21,656 bases of DNA, from the NCBI GenBank assembly GCA_029856105.1, contig JAHQWH010000181.1:1-21656 (forward strand). The letters are read 5' to 3'. Positions 1-8,269 of the stretch are shown here, one piece after another. Below the pieces are notes generated by a model. That model was not told the origin of the DNA, ran no database searches, and worked only from the letters and a program-made list of their open reading frames with translations. A program made the position numbers and the translations under genes. This DNA is from Promethearchaeia archaeon (GTDB taxonomy: Archaea > Asgardarchaeota > Lokiarchaeia > Sigyniarchaeales > SOKP01). Each line of letters starts with the position of its first letter. The stretch's first letter is position 1.

Positions 1-1624
1 CTTCGTTATAAAATGAAACATTTCCACCCACCACAGGGATTCTTAATTCTTTGCAAAAATCAGCCATACCTCTTACGGAATTTGCAAAATACCAGAAAGA
101 TTCGGGAACTTCTGGATTTCCGAAATTACAGCAATTTACCATAGCTTTAGGCTTTGCACCATTTGCTATTACATTCCCACAAACCTCTACAAGGCCTCCT
201 TTAGCTCCTTCGTATGGATCTAGGAAGCAATGTTTTGAATTCGTTCCAACGCTCGACGCTAAAAATTTGTTAGTTCCGATTATTCTAAGCACTCCCGAGT
301 CACCAGTTCCACACTTTACGACTGATCGAACCCCTACCTCGTGATCGTATTGTCTATAAATCCATTCCTTACTGCAAATATTTTCAGAAGCTATTAATTT
401 GTAAATTATTTCTTCAAGATTAGAAGAAGGTTCAGGTGTTTTCTGGGATATTAGACCATCAAGAATTTCAGGTCTTTTTTCTTCGCGATCTATTATTGGA
501 GACTCTGAAAGAGCTATTGAAGGCAAACTAACTACTAAATTATCACCATCATATATCTTCAAAACCTTAGAATCGTCTGTTCTGCCTATTACTGCGTGAG
601 CCATTTCAAACTTTCGAAAGATATCTAAGATTTTTTCTAAACCTTCTGGTTTTACTATAAATGCCATCCTTTCTTGTGATTCTGAAAGCATTATTTCGTA
701 AGAATTCATACCCGGTTCACGTGTAAATATTTTACGCATTTCTATCTTAGCTCCAGTTCCACCGTCTCCTGTTAACTCGCTTAACGCGCAAGATATCCCT
801 CCACCGCCAAGATCTTTCAATCCTCTTACATAACCTGTTTTTATAGCCTCTATAGTTGCTTCAATTATCATTTTTTTCGTAAACGGGTCTCCTATTTGAA
901 CCGCCGGTCTATCTGCTTCAGACATGTCTGTTAATGTCCTTGAGGCAAATGTCACTCCATGAATACCATCTCTCCCAGTTGAGCCTCCCATAAGGATAAT
1001 ATAATCCTCTGGGTTATATGCTCTACTTGGTGCGTGCTTAAAATCATCAACGCTCCCTAATCCGATGCACGCAACATTTACTAAACAATTGCCTTCAAAA
1101 CTTTTATCAAATTCTACCTCACCTCCAATGGTGGGGATCCCGGTACAATTTCCATAATCAGCAATACCTTTTACCACATATTTAAAAAGCCATTGAGAAT
1201 GTGGATTATTTTTTAGAGTACCGAATCTAAGTGGATCTAATAACGCAATTGGTCGTACACCCATACATAGAACATCCCTAATAATTCCACCTATGCCAGT
1301 TGCAGCACCATGATAAGGCTCTATCGCTGAAGGGTGGTTATGAGATTCAATTCGGAATGCTAAAGCGTAACCATCTCCTATGTCAATAACCCCCGCATCT
1401 TGCCCAGGGCCAGCTAATACGTAATCGTAATTTTTTTCAGCATCTTCAAAAAGTTTTAATTTAGGGCGAGATGATTTATAGGAGCAATGTTCGGACCACA
1501 TGATGGAAAACATTTGCAATTCAGTATAGGTTGGATCTCTTTTTAGCGTATTTTTAACCCAGTCAAACTCGGCTTCCCTTAAATCAGCTTCTATTTCTTC
1601 TCCATTTATGTTAAACTTGGTCAT
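1..1624 (-). CDS. purL: Phosphoribosylformylglycinamidine synthase subunit PurL (small-type), 3' end truncated by window edge
   Basis: Not in the ORF track; both ends translated by hand. From ATG at 1624-1622: MTKFNINGEE...MWSEHCSYKSS...GQDAGVID...ESHNHPSAIEPYHGAATGIGGIIRDVLCMG. The same frame reads IPVVGGNVSFYNE at the window edge. These are hallmark PurL motifs. The ATG overlaps the purQ stop (TAATG). Confidence 0.97.
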   Translation of the reverse strand, partial: MTKFNINGEEIEADLREAEFDWVKNTLKRDPTYTELQMFSIMWSEHCSYKSSRPKLKLFEDAEKNYDYVLAGPGQDAGVIDIGDGYALAFRIESHNHPSAIEPYHGAATGIGGIIRDVLCMGVRPIALLDPLRFGTLKNNPHSQWLFKYVVKGIADYGNCTGIPTIGGEVEFDKSFEGNCLVNVACIGLGSVDDFKHAPSRAYNPEDYIILMGGSTGRDGIHGVTFASRTLTDMSEADRPAVQIGDPFTKKMIIEATIEAIKTGYVRGLKDLGGGGISCALSELTGDGGTGAKIEMRKIFTREPGMNSYEIMLSESQERMAFIVKPEGLEKILDIFRKFEMAHAVIGRTDDSKVLKIYDGDNLVVSLPSIALSESPIIDREEKRPEILDGLISQKTPEPSSNLEEIIYKLIASENICSKEWIYRQYDHEVGVRSVVKCGTGDSGVLRIIGTNKFLASSVGTNSKHCFLDPYEGAKGGLVEVCGNVIANGAKPKAMVNCCNFGNPEVPESFWYFANSVRGMADFCKELRIPVVGGNVSFYNE

Positions 1625-2334
1625 TAAAATGACCTCCTTTTAATAAATTCTATCATAGATTCAAAAAACAGCTTACCATGTGTCGTACCTTTAGGGGATA
1701 GTATTTTTTCTGATGCTCGTTCTGGATGCGGCATTAATCCCATACAATTTCGTTCTAAATTACAAATTCCTGCGATATTTTCCATAGATCCATTAGGATT
1801 CGCATTTTGAGTATATTTACCATTTTCATCTGAATATTTAAATACTATTTGCTCGTTTTCTTCCAATTCCTTTAAGTTGTTAGCAAAATATCTTCCTTCT
1901 CCATGAGCGACAGGGATAGCAAGTACATCACCGTTTTTCATTTTGTTTGTAAAGGGTGTTTTGTTATTTTCTACTCTTATATTTATCCATTTACAAACAA
2001 ATTTCAAAGAGTCGTTTTGTAAGAGAGCACCAGGAAGAAATTCAGCTTCGGTTAAGATTTGGAAACCGTTGCATATACCTATTATAGGTCTACCGTCCTT
2101 CAACATGATACGGGCCTCATCTAGCGCGGGGCTATGGGCTGCAATAATGCCAGCTCTTAAATAATCTCCAAACGAGAATCCTCCTGGAAGAATAACGCCA
2201 TCAAACTCGGCTTCTTTAAAGTGATTATGCCAAACTAAGCTGGTGTCGATGCCTACAACATTCCTTAAGACATGGATTGCATCTAAATCGCAATTAGCTC
2301 CCGGGAACTGAACAACAGCAATCTTAACAGTCAT
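1624..2334 (-). CDS. purQ: Phosphoribosylformylglycinamidine synthase glutaminase subunit PurQ
   Basis: FPGANCD, PGGFSFGDYLR, GICNGFQIL (catalytic Cys), AHGEGRY, NPNGS, GLMPHPER (His/Glu). Lies between purS and purL with overlapping start/stop codons. Confidence 0.97.
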   Translation of the reverse strand: MTVKIAVVQFPGANCDLDAIHVLRNVVGIDTSLVWHNHFKEAEFDGVILPGGFSFGDYLRAGIIAAHSPALDEARIMLKDGRPIIGICNGFQILTEAEFLPGALLQNDSLKFVCKWINIRVENNKTPFTNKMKNGDVLAIPVAHGEGRYFANNLKELEENEQIVFKYSDENGKYTQNANPNGSMENIAGICNLERNCMGLMPHPERASEKILSPKGTTHGKLFFESMIEFIKRRSF

Positions 2335-2600
2335 AATTTCTTCACATTTATGATGTTTAAGTTCTGTGTGACTGGATTAAATATTCTTAAATCGTTACAC
2401 ATATTTGTAACTATTTCCTTGGCATCTTCTTCATTGTTTGCCTTTAAAACGATTCTTAAATACTGACCCGAACGAACTTTGGATATTATATCGTATCCTT
2501 TTTTTGCGAGCAAATCTCTTTTTATGGTCTCAGCTACGGGATCGCGAGCAGCAGGTTTGTTCTCCAACGAGATTTCTAATTCAAATTCTGATTGATCCAT
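2331..2600 (-). CDS. purS: Phosphoribosylformylglycinamidine synthase subunit PurS
   Basis: 89 aa with KP..RDP.AETI, VRSG and MC.DL..NPV motifs; ATGA overlap with purQ. Confidence 0.92.
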   Translation of the reverse strand: MDQSEFELEISLENKPAARDPVAETIKRDLLAKKGYDIISKVRSGQYLRIVLKANNEEDAKEIVTNMCNDLRIFNPVTQNLNIINVKKL

Positions 2601-2643
2601 TTTTAAAAATAAGGTGTGTAATAATTTTAATAGTTCTTATTAA

Positions 2644-2660
2644 TTTATAAATAATTTTTA
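2644..2660 (-). promoter_or_regulatory. Putative archaeal TATA box with A-rich upstream element for purSQL
   Basis: Minus strand reads AAAAATTA-TTTATAAA about 45-50 nt before the purS ATG. The AT-rich background lowers specificity. Confidence 0.3.
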
Positions 2661-2733
2661 TCAATAAAATGCGACAAAAATGAATTATTTTTTAGCTATT
2701 AGAATTTAAAGCCCTTAAATTGAATCTAATCTA

Positions 2734-2934
2734 TTATACTTGCATAAAGCTAACAAAAACCAAGAGTAATAACGCAAAAAGGTTGAATAAAAAGCTGTAT
2801 TTACCGAGTTTTGGCAGCTTTTTGTCCATAACTCTGTTTTCATTTCTTTTTGTAGAAGTTAGATCAATAATCAGCGTAACAAAGGCAGCCATAAACAATG
2901 CAAATACACCAATCAATAAAATAAAAATAAACAT
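2734..2934 (-). CDS. Small hypothetical membrane protein with two hydrophobic segments
   Basis: 66 aa: hydrophobic N-terminal segment, basic loop, hydrophobic C-terminal segment. Fills the purC-purS gap in the same orientation and ends in a tandem TAA TAG. The frame stays open 9 more codons upstream, to an ATA at 2961. Confidence 0.45.
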   Translation of the reverse strand: MFIFILLIGVFALFMAAFVTLIIDLTSTKRNENRVMDKKLPKLGKYSFLFNLFALLLLVFVSFMQV

Positions 2935-2980
2935 GATAAAAAAATTACTATTAAATCTTATTTAAATCTTTTCCTAAGAG

Positions 2981-3958
2981 TTATAAATAATTTGCTTTCT
3001 TCAAATTGTTAACAATTCTCTCTATCACATCGATGACTTCAGCTTTAAATTCTAATCCTGTAATCTTTTGATAGCTTTTCATGTATCTTTTTGCCAGCTC
3101 AATTTTAATTTCTGATGAAATTGGAGGTATATCTTGATTTGGCTTAATATTTGGGAATATATTAGGGTAAGTTTCCATCAACCAACCCCGAAATATCTCT
3201 TTATCTAAAATTTCAGGTTCTTCATCGTTTTCAAATCTTTCCTCGTAACTCTCTAATTTCCAAAATCTTGACGAATCTTGAGTGTGTATTTCGTCGATTA
3301 ATAGTAATTCTCCATCTTTCAAGCCAAATTCGTATTTCGTATCTACTAATATAAGTCCGTTTTTGTTACAGTAATCTTGGCCAAATTTAAACAATTTAAC
3401 AGCAGCTTCTTCCATTTGTAAATATATGTCTTTATCAACTATCTTATCTTCTAAGATTGTATCTCTTGAGATATATATGTCATGACCACTCTCCGCTTTA
3501 GTAGAAGGAGTTAAAATAATATCGTTTAATTTTTGATTTTTTTTTAAACCGCTCGGTAAAACAATTCCTGAAGTCATCTCCCCTTTAACATAACTGCGCC
3601 ATGCGGTTCCAGTTATATACGCTCTTACAATCATTTCCACTGGGATCATTTCACACTGATGAACAACGGCAACGTTAGGATCGGGAATGGCTATAATGTG
3701 ATTTTTCACTAAATTTTTAGTTTTTTCAAACCAAAAAGACGAGATTTGGTTTAACATCTGCCCTTTAAATGGAATCGTAGTAATAACGCGATCAAAAGCA
3801 GATAATCGATCTGTAGCAATAATAATTCTAGTATCACCTTTTATGTAATTATCTCGCACTTTTCCCTTATACAATTCCCCTAAAGATGAAAAATTAGTTC
3901 CATCTAAGGTCTTATTGAATTGATTTTTAATTATATCATCTATTTTGTCAGTTACCAT
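2981..3958 (-). CDS. purC: SAICAR synthetase, long (Ade1-like) type
   Basis: YKGKVRD, ATDRLSAFD, IPFKG, PVEMIVRAY.TG, TPSTKA..GHD, LVDTKYEFG, DEIHTQDSSRFW, LDKE; 325 aa. Confidence 0.96.
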   Translation of the reverse strand: MVTDKIDDIIKNQFNKTLDGTNFSSLGELYKGKVRDNYIKGDTRIIIATDRLSAFDRVITTIPFKGQMLNQISSFWFEKTKNLVKNHIIAIPDPNVAVVHQCEMIPVEMIVRAYITGTAWRSYVKGEMTSGIVLPSGLKKNQKLNDIILTPSTKAESGHDIYISRDTILEDKIVDKDIYLQMEEAAVKLFKFGQDYCNKNGLILVDTKYEFGLKDGELLLIDEIHTQDSSRFWKLESYEERFENDEEPEILDKEIFRGWLMETYPNIFPNIKPNQDIPPISSEIKIELAKRYMKSYQKITGLEFKAEVIDVIERIVNNLKKANYL

Positions 3959-4037
3959 GTTTATAATTAAGATGGAAAAGCATAAAAATTTTATATTGAA
4001 ATTATTAATCCAAAAATAATTAAGAATAAGAAAACTC

Positions 4038-4406
4038 TCATAGTTTTCGATAAGAACCGTTGTTAAATTCTTCTGTTGAGTATTTATTTCTATTTTTCTC
4101 CATTTTTTTAATAAAGATATCAGTTAGATCTACATTTACGCTATTTGCAAGACTAATCAAATATATAAACACGTCTGCAATCTCATCAGAGAGCCTTTCT
4201 AATATTTCCTTATTCTTACGAATAGTTTCAAGCGAATAATCTTTAAACAAAAAAATTTCGGATAATTCTGCAACTTCAATACTAAGCGCTTGAATTAAAT
4301 TTTTTGGAGTATGAAATTTGCCCCAGTTGCGTTCTCTAACAAATTCTCGCACTTCTTCTTTAAAAAAAGAAATTGTCGTATTGTCATCTTTAAGAATTGG
4401 ATTCAT
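4038..4406 (-). CDS. MazG-like all-alpha NTP pyrophosphohydrolase (dCTPase/RS21-C6-like)
   Basis: F..ER.W..FHTPKNL..AL..E..EL.E.F, DEIADVFIYL, K..KN..KY; 122 aa. Confidence 0.88.
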   Translation of the reverse strand: MNPILKDDNTTISFFKEEVREFVRERNWGKFHTPKNLIQALSIEVAELSEIFLFKDYSLETIRKNKEILERLSDEIADVFIYLISLANSVNVDLTDIFIKKMEKNRNKYSTEEFNNGSYRKL

Positions 4407-4452
4407 AATTATGTAAACAACAAGAAAATGGAATATAATTAAGATATTATTG

Positions 4453-5286
4453 CTAGAGTTTTTTAATAAACTCGCGTATTAATGCGTTAATTACATCCTT
4501 TCTTTGTGCGGGCGCGAAGTGCCCTGCTATATCAATAATTTCAAGTTTAGAATTTGGAATCATTTTATGCAATTCTTCAGACATTTGTTCGGGAGCAAAA
4601 TTATCTAATCTTCCACCAATAATCAGCGTGGGGCACTTAATTCCAGAGGGATCGTACTCATTTATTTCATTTATCATACTAAATATCTGATCTTCAATAA
4701 GCATATACAATTCGTCTTTAGTCATTCTCGCTCCATTTAAAGAGTCAGCTAACGAAGTTAAAATATAGGGTATAATTTTATCCAAAATATTCTCTACAGA
4801 ATTTGCAACCACATCTAAAAAATTCATACGGATAAAATATGGAAGTAGATTGTAAAAGATATTTCTAACTACATTATCAATCATTATGTATCCTGAATTT
4901 AACAAGATTAAGAATTCTACATCATCCGGATATTTCATACAAACTAATTGTCCGATCATACCTCCAACAAGAGAATGTCCAATAATTCCATATTTTTCAT
5001 TTACACCTAAATTCTCTAATAAATCCTCAAGATCTCTTATGATATCGTGCCTTAAGTTCTTAGAAAGATTTAATTCTATAGGATGATCGCTCCTCCCATG
5101 TCCTAACGCATCAAAAGCTATGATACGGTAGTTGTATCTTAACATTTGTATTTGCCCTTTGAAAAATGAAGCTGAGGAGGCGAAACCGTGAAGCAAGATA
5201 ATAGTACCTTCGTTTTTATCCTTGATTTCGCCGTTGATATCTTCGTAATACAAATTATAACCTTCTTGGTTTTTAAAGAAGGGCAT
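4453..5286 (-). CDS. Alpha/beta fold hydrolase (esterase/lipase-like)
   Basis: LLHGF oxyanion motif, D.LGHGRS, nucleophile elbow GHSLVGG, CPTLIIGGRLD (Asp), AGHF (His). Confidence 0.9.
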   Translation of the reverse strand: MPFFKNQEGYNLYYEDINGEIKDKNEGTIILLHGFASSASFFKGQIQMLRYNYRIIAFDALGHGRSDHPIELNLSKNLRHDIIRDLEDLLENLGVNEKYGIIGHSLVGGMIGQLVCMKYPDDVEFLILLNSGYIMIDNVVRNIFYNLLPYFIRMNFLDVVANSVENILDKIIPYILTSLADSLNGARMTKDELYMLIEDQIFSMINEINEYDPSGIKCPTLIIGGRLDNFAPEQMSEELHKMIPNSKLEIIDIAGHFAPAQRKDVINALIREFIKKL

Positions 5287-5476
5287 GGTATCAAAATTTT
5301 ATTTATTGGGTTTAATTTTGTAAATTAAAGTACAAACAAATACTTTTCTAAAATGAAAATCATTTAAATTTAGAAGGTTCTTCTGAAAAATTTAAAGAAC
5401 TACTAATCAGAAAAAAGAAATTTAGTAAATTATTTTCATATATATTAAGTTTACTTAAAAATAGAGAAGAAAAAAA

Positions 5477-6940
5477 TTATAGGTTTTTTGTTATTCGTTT
5501 TTTATCATTAGTTTCGAGTACAGTGGACATGAAAATTCGACCTAATTTTTTGTAAACTTTTGAATTTTCTTTATTTGGACTTTTTACGTCAGTAAATCTT
5601 ACCATTTTTTCAATTGCATCCTCGATACTGTTATATTTACCAAGTCCATAGAAACATAGAATTGCAGCTCCTAAAGCAGCACCATCTTTGATTTCTGGAA
5701 TCATTACTTTCTTGAGCATAACATCTGCAACCATTTGTGCCCAAAAATTGCTATTCATACCGCCTCCATCTACTTTCAGCTCATGTATATTAACTTTTGC
5801 CATTCCTTCTAATATATTTAGGTACATCTGAGCACTTAAAACAGCAGACTCCATTATAGCTCTAATCATGTGACCTCTTGTGTGATTTAAGCTTAATCCA
5901 TGAATTGTCCCTTTTCTGAATATATACAATGGAATAAATAGTAAACCTGCGCTTCCGGGACTAATCTGTTCTGCTTCTTTTGTTAAAATATCGTAAATAT
6001 TTCTATTTGCTTCTTCAGATTCTTTGACTTGAAGCTGTGAGAAGTTATTTTTAAACCATTTTAAGGCCGTGCCAGTTCCCGGCATAGCGCCTTCTATAAA
6101 CCACTTTCCCTTAATAACATGTGGTAAGGAGAAGATTGGTACATCCCCAGCAGGTTTCATGGGTCCATCAACAATTAAATCCACAAATATACCCGTCCCA
6201 AAGGTTACCTTTGCTTGCCCTTTATTAATTACTCCTAAACTTAAAGCAGCACATTGTTGATCTCCACCGCCCATTATGATTGGTATATTTGGATTTAAAC
6301 CTAAACTTTTTGCAGCTTTATCTGATAGCTTACCAATTATTTCACCAGGAGTACGAAGTTCAGGCCATAAATTTAGTGGCAAATCGTATAGATCAGCGAG
6401 ACCAGCGTCCCATTGTAATGTATCCATATTTAAGATGCCATATATTCCATTCGTGGGTTCTGTAACGCACGCTCCACATAATTTCATGTAAATATATGAG
6501 TCTGTGGAAATTATTTTAAAAGTTTTATTAAATAAATCAGGTTCATTATTTTTCAACCAGAGTATTTTTGGAATTGCTCTCCTTAGGCCTCCTTCTTCTA
6601 AGAATCCTTTAAAATTAGTTTCTTCTCGTTCATCCATCCATGTAAGCGCTGGATACAATACTTCACCATTTATATCAATAATGGTGGTGGTTGCCCTCTG
6701 AAACGCTGCTGATATTCCAATTATATCATTCGGATTTATTACTCCGCTTTTTATAATTTGATTACAAGTACTTTTGACAGCATTCCACCATATTGTTGGA
6801 TTCTGCTCTGATACTCCAATTGGTTGTTCTACAACGGGATACTCTTCATAAGCCCGAGCTATTTCTTTCCCGTTTATATCGAAAATCATTGTTCTTGTAC
6901 CTGTTGTTCCAACATCAAAAACACATATTAAATCGCTCAT
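5477..6940 (-). CDS. FGGY-family carbohydrate kinase (xylulo-/glycerol-kinase-like), substrate unknown
   Basis: FDVGTTGTR, QRATT, WMDER, PKILWL, GGGDQQCAA..LG, TFGTG, RAIMES, VDGGG, W.QM.ADV, ALGAA. Confidence 0.92.
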   Translation of the reverse strand: MSDLICVFDVGTTGTRTMIFDINGKEIARAYEEYPVVEQPIGVSEQNPTIWWNAVKSTCNQIIKSGVINPNDIIGISAAFQRATTTIIDINGEVLYPALTWMDEREETNFKGFLEEGGLRRAIPKILWLKNNEPDLFNKTFKIISTDSYIYMKLCGACVTEPTNGIYGILNMDTLQWDAGLADLYDLPLNLWPELRTPGEIIGKLSDKAAKSLGLNPNIPIIMGGGDQQCAALSLGVINKGQAKVTFGTGIFVDLIVDGPMKPAGDVPIFSLPHVIKGKWFIEGAMPGTGTALKWFKNNFSQLQVKESEEANRNIYDILTKEAEQISPGSAGLLFIPLYIFRKGTIHGLSLNHTRGHMIRAIMESAVLSAQMYLNILEGMAKVNIHELKVDGGGMNSNFWAQMVADVMLKKVMIPEIKDGAALGAAILCFYGLGKYNSIEDAIEKMVRFTDVKSPNKENSKVYKKLGRIFMSTVLETNDKKRITKNL

Positions 6941-6994
6941 TTAATCACTTAAAAAAATATTTTAAATAAATTAATTAAAAATAACTTTTTCATA

Positions 6995-8269
6995 TTAAAG
7001 TACTTTATTTAATAATTCAGACACATCTACTATTTTAATCTTTTCTTTTTCATCTTCTTTAAGTCCATAAGCCAAGCCTAATTCGCATAATGGACATGCC
7101 GAAACAAAAACTTCCGCTCCCGTTTCCTTTAACTCGTTGACTCTATTAGTAGCCTCTTTAATCGCTAAATCTCTATCGGCCCAATGAGCAGTACCACTCC
7201 AGCCACAACAATGTACGTATTCTTTAGTATATGTTGTTTCTACCAATTCCAGACCGGGGATCTTACCGAGTATGTCTCTAATAGATGAAGTATCGTTCAT
7301 ATTTCTGGCAATAAGACAAGGATCGTGAATCGTTACTTTTTTCAAATCGTCCGGTATATCTTTTGTTGGCTCGATTTTACCTTCATCTAACAATTTTTTA
7401 ATGTATTTTGTTATATGAATTATTTTTTTATCGATCTTAATTCCCGCGCTTTCATATCTCTTGGTTAATGTTAAAATACAACCAGGACAATCTGATACAA
7501 CAACTTTGGCGCCCGTTGATTCAATCAATTCCTTGTTTTTATTAGCAAATTCTTTCGCTGTTTCAAAATCCCTTATATTAAATGCTGGACCCCCACAACA
7601 TACTTTTGTATCGAGATTGGTGGAAAATTTTACTCCTGCTTTTTTTAATATATCCATATTTGCCTTTATTACTTCTGGGAACTTCATTGACTCGCAACCA
7701 ATATAATAATAAACCTCGTCATTACCGTCGGTTTCAACATTTTCGATCCCTTTCTCTTTGTAGGTTTCGTAAATGTTGTATCCTTCAATTGTGTTTGAGC
7801 TTTTTAATTTACTAATTTGTTCCTTGCAATAATCAGGCATTAATCCCTTATCGTTTAGATCGTCTCTTACAGTTTCTAACAAAGAAACAACTGAAAAGTC
7901 AAAAGGGCACCAGATTTTACAACTCTCCTCGTTGGAACACATATACATAAGATCAATAAATGCTTTATTTTCTTCCTTTGTAGGATCAATTTTCCCTATT
8001 GACAGATAATACCCAATTCGTGCTTTATAAGCGGGACTCATAGTTTCTGATTGCGATGCCTGAAGCGTACCGCAGTCAAACCTGCACATATTTGGACAAA
8101 GCATACATTTAATTAAGTTACCAACATCTGCTTTATATTCTCCTTCAGGGTAAAAGTTCTTCTTTGTTGAGCGCATATTTTTCATTAGAATTCCTCTAAT
8201 ATCCCTATCTGCTTTACTAAGGAGTGGAAGCATCCATTTATACTTCTTCAACGTGTCAAAAGCACCCAT
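6995..8269 (-). CDS. Fe-S oxidoreductase with ferredoxin-like N-terminal domain and two CCG domains (GlpC/GlcF/HdrD-like)
   Basis: CMLCPNMCRFDC and CSNEESCKIWCP; CCG repeat 1 YIGC...CCGGP...DCPGC; CCG repeat 2 HDPC...CCGWSG...ACPLC. Confidence 0.9.
   Translation of the reverse strand: MGAFDTLKKYKWMLPLLSKADRDIRGILMKNMRSTKKNFYPEGEYKADVGNLIKCMLCPNMCRFDCGTLQASQSETMSPAYKARIGYYLSIGKIDPTKEENKAFIDLMYMCSNEESCKIWCPFDFSVVSLLETVRDDLNDKGLMPDYCKEQISKLKSSNTIEGYNIYETYKEKGIENVETDGNDEVYYYIGCESMKFPEVIKANMDILKKAGVKFSTNLDTKVCCGGPAFNIRDFETAKEFANKNKELIESTGAKVVVSDCPGCILTLTKRYESAGIKIDKKIIHITKYIKKLLDEGKIEPTKDIPDDLKKVTIHDPCLIARNMNDTSSIRDILGKIPGLELVETTYTKEYVHCCGWSGTAHWADRDLAIKEATNRVNELKETGAEVFVSACPLCELGLAYGLKEDEKEKIKIVDVSELLNKVL

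Noticed and set aside
1563-2215. Repeat TCAAACTCGGCTTC in both purL and purQ
   Set aside because: Two short copies encoding the same EAEFD peptide within coding sequence, with no array or element structure; likely coincidence.
51-2650. Plus-strand ORFs 51-344, 1943-2164, 2438-2650
   Set aside because: Antisense shadows of purL, purQ and purS with no recognisable motifs.
2720-2965. 81-aa plus-strand ORF
   Set aside because: Antisense to the 66-aa ORF, opposite to the cluster orientation, TTG start, low-complexity Lys/Asn/Ile content. Considered the less likely of the two.
6941-6994. Possible SECIS-like hairpin (AUGA...A/U stem) downstream of the Fe-S gene that could recode the TGA at 8270
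   Set aside because: The stem is almost all A/U and lacks the 3' GA of the kink-turn core at the right position. The TGA falls in a linker, not at a Cys-equivalent site, so selenocysteine is unsupported.
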